Notes: generated by a model from the sequence alone, not told the origin. 64,000 nt of DNA from an uncultured Gemmatimonadales bacterium (GCA_963823035.1 CAWGKG010000014.1:416001-480000); one strand, 5' to 3'. Shown: positions 9,795-20,588, counted from the stretch's first letter. Program-made: numbers and translations.

Positions 9795-11558
9795 CTACGA
9801 CCTCACGCCGGGGATCGGTTCCAGGCTCACCCGCGACGGGCGCAGGTTGCGGCCGATCCAGATGAAGCAGAGCATCGCCACGATCAACAGCACGACGCCC
9901 CGACCCGTCGCGCCGAAGATGATCTGCCCGACGCCGAACAGCGACGAGTAGACCGACGCCACGCCGGCAACCCAGTTCGTCCAGTTGAGCGGGCCGCCGT
10001 CGACCGGCTCTCCGCCGAGCGCGAGTCCGGCGGAGATGCGCGCCCACCCCCTCCCCCCGGGACGCACCTTGAGGTAGAAGGCCCGCAGCACCTTCTCCTC
10101 CTCCGGGCGCGTCGCGAAGGTCACCACCAGCCACACCACCGTGCTCGCGCCGACCGTGGCGAGCATGATCCACGCCCACTGGACGGGATCGTCCGGGTCG
10201 AGGCCGGCCCCGAACCAGAGCACGAGGCTCACCACCAGCGAGGCGATCATCGCGCTGATCTCGCTCCACGCGTTGATGCGCCACCAGTACCAGCGCAGAA
10301 TGAGCACGAGCCCGGTGCCGGCGCCGATCGCGAGGAGAAAGCGCCACGCTCCCTCGATCGACGTGAGGAAGTACGTCACCACGAGAGAGGCGGCCATCAG
10401 GAAGAGCGTGGCCAGCCTCGAGGCCCGCACGAGCTCGCGGTCCGCGAGCCCGGGCCGCAGGAAACGCGCGTACAGGTCGTTGACCAGGTAGCTCGCACCC
10501 CAGTTGAGCTGCGTGGAGATGGTGGACATATAGGCGGCCGCGAAGCCCGCGAGCACCAGCCCGGTGAGGCCGGGCGGGAGGAGATCGGTCACCGCCCGGA
10601 TGTAGCCCTCGCGCGGGTTGTCGAGCCCGGGATAGAGGATCGTGGAGGCGAGCGCCACCAGGATCCACGGCCAGGGGCGGATGGCGTAGTGCGCGACGTT
10701 GAACCAGAGCGTGGCCAGCACGCCGTCGCGCTCGGTGCGCGCGCTGAAGATGCGCTGCGCAATGTAGCCGCCGCCGCCCGGCTCCGCCCCCGGGTACCAG
10801 CTTGCCCACCAGTTCACGCCCAGGTACACGGCCATCGTGATGGCCGGCATCCAGGTGGCACTCTCGCGCGGGAGCATCGCCAGCGCCGCGTCCGAGCTGC
10901 CGTACACCGACTCGAGGCCCACCTGCATCCCGGCGATGCCGCCCACCGCGTGGACGGCGAAGATCGCGAGGATGACGGCGCCCCCGATGGCGAGGCCGAA
11001 CTGGAAGAAGTCCGTGACGACCACGCCCCACAGCCCGGCCATGACCGAGTACGCGGCGGCAAGCAGGAAGCAGACGAGGAGCGCGGCCCACTGGCTGATG
11101 CCGAGCGTGATGCTCACGATCTCCATCATCGCGAGGTTCACCCACCCCATGATGATGAGGTTGATCGGCAGCGCGAGGTAGGCTGCACGGAAGCCACGCA
11201 GGAGGGCCGCGGGCTTGCCGCCGTAGCGAAGCTCGGTGAACTCGACGTCCGTGATCACGCCGGCGCGTCGCCACAGCCGCGCGTAGAAGAACACGGTGAG
11301 TATCCCGCTCATCACCATGTTCCACCACAGCCAGTTCCCCGCCACGCCGTGCTTGGCAACCATCTCCGTGACGGCCAGCGGCGTATCCGCCGCGAAGGTG
11401 GTGGCCACCATGGAGGTGCCCGCCAGCCACCACGGCAGCGCCCGCCCTCCCACGAAGTAGTCGGAGAGCGAGCGCCCCGCCCTCTTCGACAGCGCCAGGC
11501 CGATCGCCGCGGCGAAGACGAAGTACAGGGCGATGATCACCCAATCGAGTGCGGTCAA
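9795..11558 (-). CDS. Sodium:solute symporter
   Basis: YFVGGRALPWWLAGTSMVATTFAADTPL; AAYMSTISTQLNWG; TTG start overlaps the upstream TGA. Confidence 0.9.
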   Translation of the reverse strand: MTALDWVIIALYFVFAAAIGLALSKRAGRSLSDYFVGGRALPWWLAGTSMVATTFAADTPLAVTEMVAKHGVAGNWLWWNMVMSGILTVFFYARLWRRAGVITDVEFTELRYGGKPAALLRGFRAAYLALPINLIIMGWVNLAMMEIVSITLGISQWAALLVCFLLAAAYSVMAGLWGVVVTDFFQFGLAIGGAVILAIFAVHAVGGIAGMQVGLESVYGSSDAALAMLPRESATWMPAITMAVYLGVNWWASWYPGAEPGGGGYIAQRIFSARTERDGVLATLWFNVAHYAIRPWPWILVALASTILYPGLDNPREGYIRAVTDLLPPGLTGLVLAGFAAAYMSTISTQLNWGASYLVNDLYARFLRPGLADRELVRASRLATLFLMAASLVVTYFLTSIEGAWRFLLAIGAGTGLVLILRWYWWRINAWSEISAMIASLVVSLVLWFGAGLDPDDPVQWAWIMLATVGASTVVWLVVTFATRPEEEKVLRAFYLKVRPGGRGWARISAGLALGGEPVDGGPLNWTNWVAGVASVYSSLFGVGQIIFGATGRGVVLLIVAMLCFIWIGRNLRPSRVSLEPIPGVRS

Positions 11559-14500
11559 GAAGCGGGCTCCCGCTCGTGGACGGGCTGATCGGTGATGGAC
11601 AGCACGGCCGCGTCGGCCACGGCGCGGCGTAGCGGGATGTGCTTCTGGTTGTCCCGCGTGGGATGCACGCGATTGGTCAGCAGGATGATCCACACGTCGA
11701 GGTCGGGGTCCATCCAGATCGACGTGCCGGTGAAGCCCGTATGGCCGAAGGCGTCGGGCGTGACGTAGTCACCCCCCGAGGAGCCCTCGGAGGGGGTGTC
11801 CCACCCGAGCGCGCGGCTGGACTCCGCGTCCCAGCGCCGGGTGAACTCGTGGAGCACGTCCGGGTCGAGGAGACGCACGTCCGTCGGCCGCGCCACCGGG
11901 CAGGGTATGCCCGGCGGGTCACCCGGAGCGCAGGCCGGCGCCACGCCGCCGTTCAGCATCAGGCTCGCGAAGACGGAAAGGTCGACGGCTGTCGAGAAGA
12001 GGCCGGCGTGGCCGGCGACCCCGCCCATGGCGTCGGCGTTCTCGTCGTGCACGCGGCCCCACACCATCTCGTGCCGCCAGAGCGTGTCCATCTCCGTGGC
12101 GGCGATGCGGGGCTTGAGCGACGCCTCCGGGTTGTACTCGGTGTCGAGCATGCCGAGCGGACCGAAGACGTGCTCCTGGAGCCACGCGTCCTGCGGCTCG
12201 CCGGTGATCGACTCCATGATCCACGACAGCGTCATGATGCCGATGTCGGAGTAGACGGTCCTGGTGCCCGGGTCGGACTCGAGCGCCTGATCGGCGGCCG
12301 CGTCCTTGTAGGCCTGCTTTCCCGCGTGGTCGAAGAACCACTGCTTGAAGGCCGGGAGGCCCGTGCGGTGCAACAGGAGCTGGCGGACGGTGACGTCGTC
12401 CTTCCGCGCGTCGCCCCGCGACCACCAGGGGAGGTAGTCCACGACGTGCGCATCGAGGTCCAGCCGACCGTCCTGGACGAGCATGATCGCCTCGGTGGTG
12501 GTGCCCACCACCTTCGAGACCGACGCCATGTCCCAGATGGAGGTGGGCGTCGCGGGCCGTCCGCTCCCGTACGCCAGCTCACCGTACCCGGCGAGCTTCA
12601 CGATCCGGCCGTGCCGCCCGATGGCCACGGCCGCGCCGCTCGCGGCCGAGTCGGCGAGCGCGTCACGGATGATGTCGTCGATACGCGCCAGCTTCGACGG
12701 GTCCATCCCGAGGGTCGCGGGATCGGCCACGGTCGCCGGAGCCTCCGCGGAGCCGGAGCGACGCTCCCGTCCGACGATGCCCGCCGCGACCAGGGGGTCC
12801 TCCACGGCGACGCGCTGCGTGTAGTCGGCCACCTTCGCGCGGTCGAGACCCTCGCCGATCGCGTGGAACGGGGGCAGCGGGATCGGCAGCCTGCCCGTGA
12901 TCGCCTCCTCGCCGAACAGCGCCTTCAACGCCGCGCGCTGGCTCACCTCGCGGTCGCCCCAGGCGAGGAGGTACGAGCCGACCGTCGGGAAGGCCTTCAA
13001 GAGGTACGGGTTGCCGAACGAGAGGAGCACCGTGGGCTTCGTCCGGACGACGTCCGCCACCAGCCGCCGCAGCGGCTCCGGCACCGACTGCTCCCCCGAG
13101 CCCGCGGAGGGGGGAACGTACGCGCTCACGATCACGCGGTCGTTGCGCCCGACCGCGTCGTGGACGGCGGCGTAGACCGCGCTGTCGCTGCGTTCGTCCA
13201 GGCTCCAGCTCTCCACGGAGGGGACGCGGTCCGCCAGGTCGGCCGCGAACGCCCGACCCGCCCATATCCAGGTGGAGGGCGCGTAGCGCACGTGCAGAAC
13301 GCGGCCGGCCGAGGACGCGGGGATCGGGACGAGCTGCTCGGCGTCGCGCGCGAGCGTGATCGAGCGGGTCGCCGCCGTGTCGGCGAAAGCGAGATGGGCA
13401 CCCGTGCCGACCTTCTGGTCCACCTCGTCGAGCGACGTCAGGCGGTGCTCGTTCAGGCCGAGGCGGGCCTTCGATCTCCAGGATCCGCCGGACCGACGCA
13501 TCCACGCGGGCCTCGCTGACCCGGCCGGAGCGGACCGCGGCGACGACGGCGTCGATGGCCGCGGGAACGTCCTTGGGAGAGAGAAGCACGTCGGCGCCGG
13601 CTTCCAGGGCGCGCACGGACGCCTCGCCGATGCCGTACCCCTCCGTGATCGCGCCCATCGTGAGCGCGTCCGTGAACAGGAGGCCGTCGAAGCCCAGGTC
13701 GGCGCGCAGAAGCCCCGTGAGAACCTCCGGGGAGAGTGTGGCGGGCGGAGATCCCTCGCCCAGGAGCCCCGGCATCTGGACGTGGGCGGTCATGATCGCG
13801 TCCACGCCCTCGGCGATCGCGCGCTCGAAGGGGACCAGCTCGACCGAGTCGAGGCGCGCGCGGTCGCCCGTCACGACGGGGAGGCCGACGTGCGAATCGA
13901 CGTCCGTGTCACCGTGGCCCGGGAAGTGTTTGGCGGTGGCGAGCGCGCCGCCGGCGTGGGCGCCCCGGATGAAGGCGGCCCCGAGGCGCGCGACCAGCGC
14001 GGGGTCGGCGCCGAAGGAGCGGGTGGCGATGACCGGGTTGTCCGGATTCGAGTTGACGTCGAGCACGGGCGCGAAGAGGACGTGCACGCCTACCGCCCGG
14101 GCCTCCTCGGCCGTGATGAGTCCGTACTCATAGGCGAAGCGATCGTCTCCGATCGCGCCGAACGCCATGGTGGGCGGGAACTGCGTGCCGCCACCAGCCG
14201 GAAGCATCGACGGCAGGGCATACGCGCCATTGATGCGCATCCCGGGGCCGCCGTTCTCGAAGTCGGCGCACACGAGCAGCGGGATCTTCGCGAGCTCCTG
14301 GAGCGCGTTGAGCTTGGCCACGTACGCATGCGGCGTGCCGATGCTCGGGCTGATGCCGCCGATCTCGTCGTGGACGACCCAATTCTCGAGCGGCTTGAAG
14401 TCCGGCGCGGAGGGCGAGACGTAGCCGCCCGGCATCCACTCGATGACGAGCTGCGCGACCTTCTCCCGCAGCGACAGGGAGGCGAGCGTCTCCGCGACCC

Positions 14501-14615
14501 AGCCACCGGGGGCAGGCGTCCGGTCCGGAGACCGGGGCGCGCCCCCGCCGCAGGCGCCGAGCGCGAGGAGGAGGCCCGAGGCCAGGAGCTGCTTCTGTCG
14601 TCTAGTTCCCACCAA
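11555..14615 (-). CDS. GH3 beta-N-acetylglucosaminidase fused to a beta-lactamase-like (AmiE-type) serine hydrolase, lipoprotein (apparent frameshift near 13470)
   Basis: LALGAC lipobox; KHFPGHGDTDVDSH; C-terminal ASVSK, YSD, VHDENA..GGVAGHAG, GHTGFTGT. Confidence 0.88.
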
Positions 14616-16560
14616 TCACCGTCTTCTGGGGCATCTGGATGCCGTCGCCGATCGCCGCGAAGCCAGGAATTCGAGTCGGGGTGCGTCCCTCGATCGGGAA
14701 GTCCCCGAAGAGCGCTCCCGCCGCCGCCCGCTGGCTGGACCGCGAGCCGCTCCAGGCCAGCATGTAGGCCTGAACGTCGGGAAACTCGGTGATAAGGTAC
14801 GGGTTGCCGAACGAAACGACGATGTGGGGGACGTTCGCCCTGGCCAGCCCCTCCACGAAGTCCGACACCTCCTTCGGGACGGCCACGGACCCCGAGTACG
14901 AGACCGCGGTCACGTACGTGCTGACCACCACCAGGGACGACTGTCGCGCCTGGCGCATCAGCCCCTCGTAGAGCGCCACGCTCGCGTCGCGGTCGAGCTC
15001 CACGGTGGACAGGCGCGGGTAGGTGGAGCGCAGACGCTGGTTGAAGTAGCGGCCGGCGAGGACGTCGCTCGACCGCCGGAAGCTGATCGACAGCACCCGC
15101 GCGCTCCGCGTGCCCCGGAGCGGGAGGAGGTCCCCGCCGTTGCGGAGTAGCGTGATCGAGCGGCGTGCGATCTCGTCGGCGACCTCGGCGTGGGCCGGAA
15201 TGCCGACCACGGCAGGAATCACGGCCAGGTCGACCTCACGGTCCACGTTCAGCCCGAGCGATTCCTTCGTGTCCAGGAGCCGTCTCACGCTCTGGTCGAT
15301 CCGGGATTCGGGGATGCGTCCGCTCTGCACCGCGTCGACGATGCCGTTCAGCGCGCCCTCGACGGACGCCGGCATGAGGATGACGTCGGCGCCGGCCTCC
15401 ACGGCGCGTGTCGCGGCCTCCCCCGAGCCGAGGCGGCCGGAGATCGCCGCCATGTCCATCGCGTCCGTGAAGACGATCCCGTCGAAGCCCATCTCGTCGC
15501 GGAGCAGCCCCGTGAGGACCGGGGCCGAGAGCGTCGCGGGCGTGCCGTTCCCCCCGTTCAGGGCCGGCACGGTGATGTGGGCGGTCATGATGCCGCCGAT
15601 ACCCGCGGCGATCGCCGCCCTGAAGGGCTCGAGCTCGACCGAGTCCATCCGGGCCCGGGAGACGTCGATGGTCGGGAGGGACAGATGCGAGTCCGTGCCC
15701 GTGTCGCCGTGGCCCGGGAAGTGCTTCCCGGTCGCGATCCCACCGTTCTCCTGGACGCCGCGCACGAAGGAGGCGCCCATGCGCGCGACCAGATCCGGGT
15801 CCTCGCCGAAGGAGCGGACGTTGATGATCGGGTTGTCCGGGTTGTTGTTCACGTCCAGCACGGGCGCGAACGGTACCTCGATGCCGACCGCACGGGCCTC
15901 CAGTGCGGTGATCGCGCCCATCCGGTAGGCGAGCGCGGTGTCGCGGGTCGCGCCGAGAGCCATCAGGGTCGGGAAGTTGGTCGCCCCGCCCAGCTCGATC
16001 GTTCCGGGCATGAAGACGGCGCCCCACATGCGGAAGCCGGCGCCGGTCTCGAGGTCGGCCGCGACGAGGAGCGGGACGGTCGCGTGGCGTTGCATGTCGT
16101 TGATCTTGGCCGCCACCTCGGTGGGCTGGCCGACCGACATGATCACCCCGCCGATCGCCTGGTCGCGGATCAGGCCCACGATGCGCTCGTGGCTCGGGGA
16201 GCCCTCGGGCGCGAAGTCGCCGATGACCCAAGGCATCATCATCTGCCCGACCTTCTCCCGCAGCGACAGCCCCCCGAGCGTGCGATCCGCCCACGACTCC
16301 GCGTCGGGGAGCGGCTCGGGCCGCGGCTCCTCCTCCGGCGTGGGCGCCAGCGCCTCGGGCTGGGTCGGCGGGGGAAAGCTGTCGGCGACGGCTTCGGTCG
16401 CCTCCGGACCGGCGAAGGCGGGAGAGGGTCCACCGCCCGATGACGGCAGCGGCCCTCCACACCCCGCGAAGGCGAGGATCGCGAGCCAACGCGCCGCGTT
16501 CCTGGGGCTCTTGCGGGCGGGCAGGCGCGGGGGCCACGGGGTGGTCAGGGGGTCCTCCAT
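14602..16560 (-). CDS. nagZ: GH3 beta-N-acetylglucosaminidase (two-domain NagZ-type), lipoprotein
   Basis: LAFAGC lipobox; KHFPGHGDTGTDSH Asp-His dyad; TDAMDM. Confidence 0.88.
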   Translation of the reverse strand: MEDPLTTPWPPRLPARKSPRNAARWLAILAFAGCGGPLPSSGGGPSPAFAGPEATEAVADSFPPPTQPEALAPTPEEEPRPEPLPDAESWADRTLGGLSLREKVGQMMMPWVIGDFAPEGSPSHERIVGLIRDQAIGGVIMSVGQPTEVAAKINDMQRHATVPLLVAADLETGAGFRMWGAVFMPGTIELGGATNFPTLMALGATRDTALAYRMGAITALEARAVGIEVPFAPVLDVNNNPDNPIINVRSFGEDPDLVARMGASFVRGVQENGGIATGKHFPGHGDTGTDSHLSLPTIDVSRARMDSVELEPFRAAIAAGIGGIMTAHITVPALNGGNGTPATLSAPVLTGLLRDEMGFDGIVFTDAMDMAAISGRLGSGEAATRAVEAGADVILMPASVEGALNGIVDAVQSGRIPESRIDQSVRRLLDTKESLGLNVDREVDLAVIPAVVGIPAHAEVADEIARRSITLLRNGGDLLPLRGTRSARVLSISFRRSSDVLAGRYFNQRLRSTYPRLSTVELDRDASVALYEGLMRQARQSSLVVVSTYVTAVSYSGSVAVPKEVSDFVEGLARANVPHIVVSFGNPYLITEFPDVQAYMLAWSGSRSSQRAAAGALFGDFPIEGRTPTRIPGFAAIGDGIQMPQKTVIGGN

Positions 16561-16733
16561 CGGGGTGGGCAACTCCGCAACGATCTAACCCGTGCCGCCG
16601 CCGCGGTTCCGGCCACGAGGCACAGGCGGTATCGACGTTGACGGGGTCGTTCGGGAGCCCGAACCTTGGCCGCACGAGCCGCACCGTGCAAGCGTCCCGA
16701 CGCGTGCCCCATCTCATCGATCGGTAGAAGCCC

Positions 16734-18065
16734 ATGAATCGAAGACTCACGCTCGCGGCCGTCGCTACGTTGGCCGCCGCCGTCGCATGTCGCGCACCGG
16801 CCGCCACCTCCGCGCCCAGACCGGCCGCCACCTCCGCGCGCGGACCGGCCGAGCCTCCTCCGACCACCCCGGACGAGCTCGCGGCTCTGTGGGACACGCT
16901 GGCGGTCCCCGGACTCGAGGATCGCACGTTCGACCACGACACGTACTGGGGTGTGATGGCACCGTACGTCGGCGGGTCGGTCACGTCCGAGGTGGTGGGC
17001 CGAAGCGCCGAGGGGCGGGACATCCGGCACCTGACGTACGGGACGGGTCCGGTCACCGTACTCCTCTGGTCCCAGATGCACGGGGACGAGAGCACGGCCT
17101 CCATGGCGCTGGTCGACATCGTGCGCTTCTTCCACGAGCGGCCGGACGCCCCGTTGGCTCGGCGGATCGCGGAGGGCGCCACCCTCCATATCATCCCCAT
17201 GCTCAACCCCGACGGCGCCGAACGCTTCCGGCGACGCAACGCCCAGGGGATCGACGTGAACCGCGATGCCCGCAGGCTGCAGACGCCCGAGGGGAAGCTG
17301 CTCAAGCGCATGAGCGACGAGCTGCACCCCGAGTTCGGCTTCAACCTCCACGATCAGAACGCCGCCGTGCGCGTGGGAGACTCCGACCGCGGCGTGGCGA
17401 TCGCGCTGCTCGCCCCGGCCTTCGATGAAGCGCGCGACGTGGACGCCAAACGGCGTAGGGCGATGCAGGTGGCGTCCCTCCTCGTCGACCTCATGGATCC
17501 GCTCGTCCATGGCCACATCGCCAAGTACGACGACACCTTCAACCCCCGAGCCTTCGGCGACCTGATCGGTGCCTGGGGGGCAAGCACGGTGCTCATCGAA
17601 TCGGGTGCGTGGGCCGACGACCCGCAGAAGCAGTACCTGAGGAAGACGAACTTCGTCGGGATCCTCGAGGCGCTCGACGGCATCGCCACCGACCGCTACG
17701 CCGACTACGACACCTCCCTCTACGACAGCCTGCGCTACAACGGTCGGCGCGTACCCGACCTTCTCATCACCGGGGGCACGATCGCGGTGCCCGGCCTCCC
17801 CGAGCTCCAGGCCGACCTGCTCGTGAGCTACGAGCAGCCGCTCCTGAAGGAGGGTGGACGCATCTCCGACATCGGAGACATGGGTGAGTCGGAGGCGCAG
17901 GACACCCTGGACGTGAGCGGCCTGTACCTGATCCCCATGCGCGAGGCGCGCGATTCCCTGGGCGGTATCGACACGGGGCTGCCCGCGCGGTTCATCGTGG
18001 CGGAGGACCCGGCGGGCGCGAGGGTACGCTTCCGCTTCGAGGGAGGGCCGCCGAGGGAGCGGTAG
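16734..18065 (+). CDS. M14 zinc carboxypeptidase, lipoprotein
   Basis: AVAC lipobox; SQMHGDE, NPDG, RRNAQGIDVNRD, NLHDQ. Confidence 0.88.
   Translation: MNRRLTLAAVATLAAAVACRAPAATSAPRPAATSARGPAEPPPTTPDELAALWDTLAVPGLEDRTFDHDTYWGVMAPYVGGSVTSEVVGRSAEGRDIRHLTYGTGPVTVLLWSQMHGDESTASMALVDIVRFFHERPDAPLARRIAEGATLHIIPMLNPDGAERFRRRNAQGIDVNRDARRLQTPEGKLLKRMSDELHPEFGFNLHDQNAAVRVGDSDRGVAIALLAPAFDEARDVDAKRRRAMQVASLLVDLMDPLVHGHIAKYDDTFNPRAFGDLIGAWGASTVLIESGAWADDPQKQYLRKTNFVGILEALDGIATDRYADYDTSLYDSLRYNGRRVPDLLITGGTIAVPGLPELQADLLVSYEQPLLKEGGRISDIGDMGESEAQDTLDVSGLYLIPMREARDSLGGIDTGLPARFIVAEDPAGARVRFRFEGGPPRER
16796..16851 (+). repeat. 24-bp in-frame tandem repeat in the M14 linker
   Basis: ACCGGCCGCCACCTCCGCGC at 16796 and 16820, partial third copy at 16844 (PAATSA x2). 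Confidence 0.8.
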
Positions 18066-18104
18066 CGCCGGCCGCGGCAGTCCCACCCCGACATTCCGAT
18101 TGTC

Positions 18105-18175
18105 CCTCTGCGTCCTCAGCGTCCTCTGTGGTGAAACTGCTGTTACCACAGAGGACGCTGAGGACGCAGAGGAAC
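18105..18175. repeat. Palindromic repeat A (perfect 28-bp stem, 12-nt loop) upstream of the GxxExxY gene
   Basis: CCTCTGCGTCCTCAGCGTCCTCTGTGGT (18105-18132) and its exact reverse complement at 18145-18172. Confidence 0.97.
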
Positions 18176-18179
18176 GTCG

Positions 18180-18602
18180 ATGAAGGGGGAAGGCATCACG
18201 GAGCTGAACGAGCTGACCGCAGAGATCATCGGGGCCGGGATGACCGTCCACACCGAGCTTGGACCCGGTCTGCTCGAATCCGCCTACGAGACCTGCCTGG
18301 CGTTGGAGCTGTCCGGACGAGGATTGTCCTTCGAGCGCCAGTGGGAGGTGCCGGTCCGGTACAAAGGCGCCCCCGTGGCCGTGGGGTATCGCGTGGACCT
18401 GCTGGTGGAGGACAGGGTGATCGTCGAGCTCAAGTCGGTCACACAGCTTGCGCCGATCCACGAGGCGCAGGTGTTGACGTACCTGAGACTCTCGGGGCGC
18501 CCGCTCGGACTGCTGATCAACTTCAACGTCCAACGGCTGAAGGATGGGATCCGCCGCCTGATCTTGACGCCGTCTCTGCGTCCTCTGCGAACTCCGTGGT
18601 GA
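18180..18602 (+). CDS. GxxExxY protein (PD-(D/E)xK nuclease superfamily)
   Basis: VHTELGPGLLESAY (GxxExxY), YRVDLLVEDRVIVELK, AQVLTYL...GLLINF. Confidence 0.95.
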   Translation: MKGEGITELNELTAEIIGAGMTVHTELGPGLLESAYETCLALELSGRGLSFERQWEVPVRYKGAPVAVGYRVDLLVEDRVIVELKSVTQLAPIHEAQVLTYLRLSGRPLGLLINFNVQRLKDGIRRLILTPSLRPLRTPW

Positions 18603-18645
18603 AAACTGTTCTCACCACAGAGGACGCAGAGGTACGCAGAGGAAC
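18574..18645. repeat. Palindromic repeat B (imperfect ~29-bp stem) downstream of the GxxExxY gene; direct repeat of A
   Basis: CTCTGCGTCCTCTGCGAACTCCGTGGTGA...TCACCACAGAGGACGCAGAGGTACGCAGAG; ends GCAGAGGAAC like repeat A. Confidence 0.93.
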
Positions 18646-18695
18646 TGATTTGTTGGGGGGCGGCGGCTCACCTACCGCGGGGCGGGCGCCCCTCC

Positions 18696-19703
18696 CTATC
18701 GCACGGGAAACCTGAACACCGTCCCGATGTCGGGAAGCCAGCTCTCTCCGTCGAACACCCGGGCCAGCCGGTCCTGGAAGTGTCCGATGTCGGTGAGCAT
18801 GATCGACCGGGTCGGGCGTTCGGGCGGCACGAAGAAGTTCTCCCAGTGGCCGAGCAGCACCCAGCGCGGCCGCAGGTTCTGGACGAAGGCTTCGGGGTCC
18901 CAGTTCACCTGGTCGAAGGTGGCGGGCACCAGGATCGCTACGTCGACGGGCCGGTCCTGCATGAGGGCTTCGGGGGCCAGGCCCCTGGGGTAGGCGGCCA
19001 CCGCGTCCTGGTAGTAGATGCGGAAGGCCACCGTGCCGTCGGGATCGAGGAAGTCCACCAGGAAGGCGTAGGTGGGCCCGTCCAACCATTCCGTCGCCCA
19101 CCGCGGCTCCTCTCGGAGGGGGTGGTCGCGCGTTCCGCTGTACAACTCGTAGCCGTCGAAGTGGGGGCCGTGATCAGACAGGAGGGCCATCACCCGCACG
19201 CCCTTCCCCACCTCGATCCACCGCCCGACGTGGTCGACGTCGCCGGCGAGGTCGTTCACCACCGTGACGCGGTCCGTCACCCCGCTCCAGTCGCCGAGCG
19301 TGTACTTCGTGGTCCAGCTGCCGAGGATGCGTGCGCGGGGCGCCCACCTGCGCGCCACCTGGGGCACGTCCATGAGGTGGTCGTAGTGCGCGTGACCCAC
19401 CAGGATGGCCAACGCTCGCGACACGTCGTAGGGCGCCATGTGGCGGTTCACGCCCGCGGTGTCGGAGTGGATCTCGGCCAGGCCGGTACGTACGAACGAC
19501 GGGTTCGAAAAGAGGGGGGCCGCCACCACCTGCGCGTCCCCGCGCTCCATGATCCAACCGCCCACGCCGAGGTAGGTGAGCCGCACCACGTCGGAGGCCC
19601 CCGTGGGCGCCACGTCCACCCGTCCGGATACGCCGGGCTCCATCGCATGCCAGCACCCGGCCGTCACCACCGTCGAGAGGGCGATCACGACCCCTCGGCG
19701 CAT
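18696..19703 (-). CDS. Metallo-beta-lactamase-fold hydrolase, lipoprotein
   Basis: VTAGC lipobox; LTYLGVGGW; GHAHYDHLMD; GHWENFF; ATG overlaps the dat stop (TGATG). Confidence 0.82.
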   Translation of the reverse strand: MRRGVVIALSTVVTAGCWHAMEPGVSGRVDVAPTGASDVVRLTYLGVGGWIMERGDAQVVAAPLFSNPSFVRTGLAEIHSDTAGVNRHMAPYDVSRALAILVGHAHYDHLMDVPQVARRWAPRARILGSWTTKYTLGDWSGVTDRVTVVNDLAGDVDHVGRWIEVGKGVRVMALLSDHGPHFDGYELYSGTRDHPLREEPRWATEWLDGPTYAFLVDFLDPDGTVAFRIYYQDAVAAYPRGLAPEALMQDRPVDVAILVPATFDQVNWDPEAFVQNLRPRWVLLGHWENFFVPPERPTRSIMLTDIGHFQDRLARVFDGESWLPDIGTVFRFPVR

Positions 19704-20579
19704 CAGGCCGTTCCGGACCGCACCGCCTCCTTCACCCGCTCGATGTGGCGCTGGAACGCCTTGGCCATCGCGTGGGTCACCGGACCGACCCGCCCGTCCG
19801 CCACGGGGCGGCCGTCCACCTCCACGGTGGGCCGCACCTCCGCGGTGGTTCCCGTGAAGAACAGCTCGTCGGCGTCGGCGAGCTCCTCCACCAGGATGGG
19901 CCGCTCCTCCACGTGGATCCCGTTCATCCGGGCGAGATCGAGCACCACGCCGCGCGAGATGCCGGGCAGGATGACGTTCGTGGCGGGGTGCGTCACCAGC
20001 GTGCCGTCGAACACGCCGAAGAGGTTGGTGTGCGCCCCTTCCAGCGCGATGCCATCCCGAACCTGGATGGCGTCGGTCGCCCCCGCATCGACCGCCGCCT
20101 GGTAGGCGAGGACGTTGGGCAGCAGCGCCGATGGTCTTGATGTCCACGCGTGCCCAGCGACGGTCGGGAACGGTCACCGCCTTGAAGCCCTTCGCCCAGA
20201 CCTCCGGCGAGGGGCGCTGCCACGCCTTGGCGAAGAGGTAGACGGTCGGCGCGACCGGCGTCGTCGGGAAAGGATGCGAACGCGGCGCGACGCCCCGGGT
20301 GATCTGCAGGTAGACGATCGACGTCTCGGCCGTATCGAGCGCGTTGTCGACGAGGAGCCGCCGGTGGATCTCCTCGAGCGGGTCGACGTCGTAGTCGATG
20401 CGCAACCACGAGAGCCCACGGCGCAGCCGCGCCATGTGCCCGTCGAAGTGGAAGGAGACGCCCTCGTAGAAGGGGGTTACCTCGTAGACGCCGTCGGCGA
20501 AGAGGAAGCCGCGGTCGTCCACCGAGACCTTGGCCTCGTCCTTGGGAATGTACTCACCGTTCAGGTAGACGGTGCTCAT
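19703..20579 (-). CDS. dat: D-amino acid aminotransferase, class IV PLP enzyme (apparent frameshift near 20128)
   Basis: VYLNG...DDRGFLFADGVYEV, YLQITRG, RWARVDIKT, ILPGISR. Confidence 0.85.
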
Positions 20580-20588
20580 GTCCGTTCG

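Noticed and set aside
16796..16851. 24-bp tandem repeat as a functional element
   Set aside because: In-frame slippage in a low-complexity lipoprotein linker.
18105..18645. CRISPR array or classical IS interpretation of the repeats
   Set aside because: No repeat-spacer periodicity, no cas genes, no DDE/HUH transposase and no target-site duplication that I could identify.
18696..20579. 627-aa dat-MBL fusion ORF
   Set aside because: Artefact of the indel in dat; the MBL gene has its own ATG and lipoprotein signal at 19703.
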